In this document: piece after piece, positions 28,322 through 32,000 of the stretch
How positions within the stretch are numbered: the first letter of the stretch is position 1
Layout of the letters: each line of letters begins with the position of its first letter
NCBI GenBank assembly: GCA_965224465.1
Contig: OZ245049.1
Location: 3,600,001-3,632,000 of the forward strand
Direction of reading: 5' to 3'
DNA from: Flavobacteriaceae bacterium
GTDB taxonomy: Bacteria; Bacteroidota; Bacteroidia; Flavobacteriales; Flavobacteriaceae
DNA length: 32,000 bases
The notes under the pieces: generated by a model
The model's database searches: none
Told to the model about the DNA's origin: nothing
What the model saw: the letters and a program-made list of their open reading frames with translations, nothing else
Position numbers and translations under genes: made by a program

Positions 28322-29095
28322 ATGAAAAAAAAATATAAGGTGCTGCTTTTTGCTGTTTTGTTCTTGGTTTCTCTTCAAATTTCCAATATAATAATCACAC
28401 TTATTTTATCTAAAACAGATTTTATTTCACATAATTTAGAAGTTTACATTATATACTATTGTCTACCTATCAGTACTTTGTTAATTGGGACTGCAATAGT
28501 GATAAAAGTATATAAATTTAAATTAAATTTAGGTGTAAAAATTTTATCTCATGAAGAGATTACAGTATTATTTTTTGTAAATATCTGTTTTTTTTTATTT
28601 AGCTTGTTATATGATTTTCTATTAAATATTGGCAGTGAAAATTTATTTTTTATTAAACCAAAAATACCTGAACTAGAATGGAATAACTTTATAACTGTTT
28701 TTATTGTATTAATTATAGGTCCAGTTGTTGAGGAGATTTTATACAGAAGAATAATTTTTGTAAAACTTAAAAAACATTATAGCCTATTGGTGAGTGTTTT
28801 AATAAGCAGTATTCTTTTTTCTGTATTTCACATGGATATTAACAATCTAGTCCCTGCTTTTATGGCTGGTATATTTTTTGCTTATGTTTACCATATTACA
28901 AAGTCCTTATTAATAGTTATAATTTGTCATTCGCTAATTAATCTAATGGTTATTTTTTCTACAACAACCAAGGTGGATTTTGAGCCTATCGTATTTGTAC
29001 TTTATTTGACCATGTTTATGATGGCTTTTATTGGTTTGATTTTAGGGTTTAAAAAACTTCAAAAACTTTACAATGTTAAAAATGAATTAGAGTAG
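28322..29095 (+). CDS. CPBP-family intramembrane metalloprotease, copy 2
   Basis: 257 aa. Motifs EEILYR, FSVFH and HSLIN. The C-terminal half is nearly identical to copy 1 and the N-terminal half is diverged. Confidence 0.85.
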   Translation: MKKKYKVLLFAVLFLVSLQISNIIITLILSKTDFISHNLEVYIIYYCLPISTLLIGTAIVIKVYKFKLNLGVKILSHEEITVLFFVNICFFLFSLLYDFLLNIGSENLFFIKPKIPELEWNNFITVFIVLIIGPVVEEILYRRIIFVKLKKHYSLLVSVLISSILFSVFHMDINNLVPAFMAGIFFAYVYHITKSLLIVIICHSLINLMVIFSTTTKVDFEPIVFVLYLTMFMMAFIGLILGFKKLQKLYNVKNELE

Positions 29096-29168
29096 TTTGC
29101 TTATTTTATTCGATGCATGCGGGTGTTCAAATTTGTGAGTGAAAATTTATAACAAGCGGATAGGTTTT

Positions 29169-29648
29169 TACAGCAACCTGCCCCTCAGTATTATACCAAT
29201 CATATTTCAAATAATCAACACCCCATTTTGCATAGGTTTCAGCATCTTTTAATTCATAACCTTTACTACCAAGTCTTCCAGCACAGGTAAGCGTTCCTGC
29301 ATCTGAATAAATACCAAATTTCAAACCTTTTGAATGTATATAATCTACCAGATTTTTGATTCCTGACGGGAATTTTTCTTCATCAACAATAATATAGCCT
29401 TTTTTATCTCTACCTATTTGCCAACAATCATCAATAACAATAAATTCATATCCTACCTCCTTCATTCCAGAAAAAATCATTACATCTGCCATCTCCATTA
29501 TCACTTTTTCATTAAGCCCTTCACATTCAAATGTATTCCAGCTATTCCATCCCATAGGTGTTGTTAGCGCCAAATTTTCAAATTTTTGTGCTGTCAAACT
29601 CCCAACTATTGCAAGAAGGAATACACAATTTAATAGGTGTTTTTTTAT
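29169..29648 (-). pseudogene. GH27 alpha-galactosidase, N-terminal ~160 codons only. Truncated at the junction with the CPBP repeat; apparent start codon is ATA.
   Basis: PMGWNSWNTFEC...VIDDCWQ...GLKFGIYSDAGTLTCAG...VDYLKYDW is the GH27 catalytic-domain N-terminal half. Homology stops where the 1020-bp repeat ends (29168). A signal-peptide-like IKKHLLNCVFLLAIVGSLTAQ is in frame upstream, but its first codon reads ATA (29648-29646). Confidence 0.7.
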
Positions 29649-29650
29649 GT

Positions 29651-30072
29651 TTATTTATTTAGGGTATCCTCTTCAAGAGAAACAATAATTCCAGCTTTTT
29701 TCCATCTATTTAATAGTGTAGGTAGAGTAGCCCTAAATCGTGTATAATTTTTATTATTTGTTGACGTCCATCCTGTTTCTGCATAAGCTGCAATTCTAGG
29801 GAATGTTTGGCTATAAATTTCCTTTTCTGTTGGTGTCCATTCTCCCCACATTTGAGTTCCTAAACCCAAAACTTGCGCTGCTTCTTCTTTTGTAAATCCA
29901 GCTGGGACAGGATTAAAACTGTATGCTTTTTCTAGGTTTATTTGCTCATATGTATAATCTAAATAGGTATAACTATTGTTAGAATTCACTAATTCATGTC
30001 CTGCATCAATAGCCATTTTTAAGTTTTCGGGGGTGCCTTTCCAAAAATGGATAATTGCTTTTTTTGAAAGGC
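29651..30072 (-). pseudogene. GH20 beta-N-acetylhexosaminidase, C-terminal ~140 codons only. The 5' part is removed at the IS30 boundary.
   Basis: ...KKAIIHFWKGTPENLKMAIDAGHELV...GLGTQMWGEWTP...FPRIAAYAETGWT matches the end of the GH20 catalytic domain. The frame runs straight into the IS30 inverted repeat. Confidence 0.6.
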
Positions 30073-31193
30073 TGAATTCAAGTCACAAACGCAAAATTTA
30101 GTTAAATAATAATTGTTCCATTACAAATATAGGGTTTTGATATTTATGTCTCTTCCTAGGTCTGTTATTTAATTTTGTTTCTACCTCTTTGATTCTTTGA
30201 TCTGTTAGGTTTGTAAAGTCACTTCCTTTGGCAAAATATTGTCTAATCAAACCATTTAAATTTTCGTTAGATCCTCTTTCCCAAGAGTGATATGGATGCG
30301 CAAAAAAGTAATCAATACATAAATTTTCTGCAACCTGCTCATGGCCTGCAAATTCTTTTCCATTATCAGCTGTTATAGTATGTAGATAAGGCTTCCAGTC
30401 TTCTAATATTTCATTGATAGCTTTAGTGACAACAACTGCTTCTTTAGAGCTTACTTTTTTCATTTTAAGCATTCCAGAAGCTCTATCATTTACGGTAAGT
30501 ATGGCTTGATTATGGTTTTTACCTATGATTAAATCGACCTCTAAATCTCCAAATCGATTTCTTTGTTCAACAACTTCAGGGCGTTGTTCTATACTAATAC
30601 GATTCTTTATAACCCCTCTAGAATCCTTTGATGAGCCACGTTTTCTATATCTCCTTCCCTGTCTGCGAAGGTGTGTATGTAAATCACCATCATTCCTCTT
30701 GTCTTCCCTAATATGCTGATATATACGCTCAATAGACACCGTTTCTTTACCTTGTTTTTTTAGGACACCAACTACTTGCTCAGGACTATAATCGTCTCGC
30801 AATAACAACTCTATTGCTTGTTGAATATCTTCTGTAAAGCGTTTTCTTTTAGGCTTTTCTTTATGACGTTTAGCATACTTTTTTTGGGCTAATTCATGCT
30901 TGTAAACTCCATTTCTTTTGTCTGAATTACGCTTAATCTCTTTGCTAATAACAGACTTGTCTTTTCCTATAGCAGCTGCTATCTCAACCTGTTTATAACC
31001 TTGTTTTAACATGCAACAAATTGTGTATCTTTGCGCTTGGGTGATGTGTTTCATACAACTTCTTTTTTCGAGATTTGAGACCGTAAGATACATATCCATC
31101 AAGACAAGAAAGGTAGGTTTTCCTACTTTTCTGTTTTGAAAATATAACCATCATAGAATCAAATCGAAAAGTTGCGTTTATTAGTTGAATTTA
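30072..31193 (-). mobile_element. IS30-family insertion sequence (~1.1 kb), apparently intact
   Basis: Imperfect terminal inverted repeats: gaattcaagtcacaaacgcaa (30074-30094) pairs with the reverse complement of ttgcgtttattagttgaattt (31172-31192), sharing aattcaa...aaacgcaa. They bracket a single full-length transposase ORF. Confidence 0.8.
30098..31102 (-). CDS. IS30-family DDE transposase
   Basis: N-terminal HTH (MKHITQAQRYTICCMLKQGYKQVEIA). DDE region with LEVDLI, ITADNGKEF and HSWERGSNENLNGLIRQY. The real start is probably the ATG at 31054 (MKHITQ...). Confidence 0.9.
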   Translation of the reverse strand: MMDMYLTVSNLEKRSCMKHITQAQRYTICCMLKQGYKQVEIAAAIGKDKSVISKEIKRNSDKRNGVYKHELAQKKYAKRHKEKPKRKRFTEDIQQAIELLLRDDYSPEQVVGVLKKQGKETVSIERIYQHIREDKRNDGDLHTHLRRQGRRYRKRGSSKDSRGVIKNRISIEQRPEVVEQRNRFGDLEVDLIIGKNHNQAILTVNDRASGMLKMKKVSSKEAVVVTKAINEILEDWKPYLHTITADNGKEFAGHEQVAENLCIDYFFAHPYHSWERGSNENLNGLIRQYFAKGSDFTNLTDQRIKEVETKLNNRPRKRHKYQNPIFVMEQLLFN

Positions 31194-31291
31194 AGAAGTG
31201 ATATAATTAATAGTACTAAAGTTATCCTCATTTTTAAGTTTAGTTTGGGGAGACTAAAGAATAATAATCTCTTAGTTCTGAATTTTTTCAT
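31194..31291 (-). pseudogene. First ~33 codons of a SusC-like (FecR-regulated TonB-dependent receptor) gene, cut off by the IS30 element
   Basis: MKKFRTKRLLFFSLPKLNLKMRITLVLLIISLL... has the basic extension plus hydrophobic signal typical of SusC-type receptors found directly downstream of FecR genes. The frame runs into the IS30 right end. Confidence 0.4.
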
Positions 31292-31347
31292 ACTTTTGTA
31301 GTGATTTGGTTATTAAATTGATTTACTGATCTAATCATATTGTACTG

Positions 31348-31373
31348 TCGAGAAATGTTACCGCATTTCTCGA
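31348..31373. other. Perfect 10-bp stem-loop between the FecR gene and the SusC-like remnant
   Basis: tcgagaaatg-ttaccg-catttctcga. The T-run follows only on the + strand, where there is no gene to terminate. Function unclear. Confidence 0.35.
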
Positions 31374-31393
31374 TTTTTATATATAAGATGATT

Positions 31394-32000
31394 TTAATTT
31401 TTAAATTCGTCTAGGTCATTTTTTTTTGGATTATTTATAGTTATTTGTTCCCCTTTTATTTCAAATGAAAAGGGTTCACTGTTTTTAAATGAATTTAATA
31501 CTTGCTCAATATTTTCTGAATCAAATTTTGCAAAAAATCGTTGGTTGTTTAAACGTTCATAATTATTTGTAATCGAAACATTGTAATGTCTTTTTAAAAC
31601 TTTTATTATTTCTGAAAAAGGTCTATTTTTAAAATGCAACACCCCTTCAGTCCAAGCTGTGTATTCTGTAACATCAACTTTTTTTACCTGAATATTTTTT
31701 CCTGATTTATTCCAAGAAGCAATATGTCCTGGGTTTAAAATAACAGAAGTATTAGGATCAAAATTTTGATCCTCTCTATAAATACCAACAGATCCTTCAA
31801 CTAAAACTGTATTTATAATTTCTGAATCACTATAAGAATTCACATTAAATTGTGTTCCTAAAGCACGAATATTTATATCCTTAGTACTCACAATAAAAGA
31901 ATGGTTCTCCTGTTTTACCACATCGAAAAAGGCTTCTCCTTCAATAAAAACTTGCCTCTTCTTTCCAGGTAAGAATTTTACGGGATATTTAAACGTAGTC
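31394..32000 (-). CDS. FecR-family anti-sigma factor / sensor (partial; 5' end beyond the window)
   Basis: The frame is open to the window edge (...KFLPGKKRQVFIEGEAFFDVVKQENHSFIVSTKDINIRALGTQFNVNSY...), giving the typical FecR core GEAFFxV...FxV.T....v.vLGTxFNV. The track's GTG start at 31921 is internal. Confidence 0.8.
   Translation of the reverse strand, partial: TTFKYPVKFLPGKKRQVFIEGEAFFDVVKQENHSFIVSTKDINIRALGTQFNVNSYSDSEIINTVLVEGSVGIYREDQNFDPNTSVILNPGHIASWNKSGKNIQVKKVDVTEYTAWTEGVLHFKNRPFSEIIKVLKRHYNVSITNNYERLNNQRFFAKFDSENIEQVLNSFKNSEPFSFEIKGEQITINNPKKNDLDEFKN

Larger units (their letters stand above)
27129..29168 (+). repeat. Tandem duplication with a 1020-bp period: unit 1 is 27129-28148, unit 2 is 28149-29168
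   Basis: 27681-28148 aligns to 28701-29168 at a constant +1020 offset with about 28 mismatches in 468 nt (my hand count). The 5' parts of the units are much more diverged. The 73 nt after each CPBP stop are near-identical (2 mismatches). Confidence 0.85.

Overview
This is a low-GC Bacteroidota chromosomal window that looks Flavobacteriia-like. Supporting signs are a T9SS C-terminal sorting domain, FecR/SusC PUL remnants and TAnnTTTG-type -7 boxes.

About 26 kb is ordinary core genome:
- 558-10035 (-): a tight 8-gene operon encoding the whole succinate-to-propionate route. It comprises methylmalonyl-CoA epimerase, the four subunits of a Na+-pumping biotin-dependent methylmalonyl-CoA decarboxylase, a CoA-transferase and the B12-dependent mutase MutA/MutB.
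- 10557-11075 (+): a small lipoprotein.
- 11210-16550 (+): a 1544-aa T9SS-secreted Asp-box/CARDB/thrombospondin-type-3 surface protein, with a lipoprotein gene starting 1 nt after its stop.
- 16596-17072 (-): recX.
- 17141-23773 (-): a TetR-TolC-MFP-RND efflux operon. A perfect 14-bp palindrome sits on its promoter.
- 24438-26246: a polyprenyl synthase gene whose stop overlaps the start of an unknown 114-aa ORF, then a small OM beta-barrel protein.
- 26353-26426 (+): a tRNA with a CAT anticodon.

Downstream of the tRNA (26.5-31.3 kb) the sequence turns accessory and visibly scrambled:
- an IS66-family transposase remnant;
- a double-glycine-leader peptide gene split over two frames;
- two tandem 1020-bp units, each ending in a CPBP (Abi/CAAX-type) intramembrane protease gene preceded by a hairpin plus T-run;
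- this array abuts a truncated GH27 gene;
- then a GH20 C-terminal fragment, an intact IS30 element, about 33 codons of a SusC-like gene and a FecR anti-sigma gene that runs off the right edge.

The most interesting candidate is the peptide/CPBP cassette, a possible compact bacteriocin-immunity or peptide-maturation module with no recognisable peptide family. I see no CRISPR array, no recognisable defence system and no rRNA. Other observations are an intergenic bipartite repeat present twice in inverted orientation (313-466 and 24065-24165) and the likely TetR operator.

All calls come from reading the sequence and the ORF track by eye. No database searches were run.
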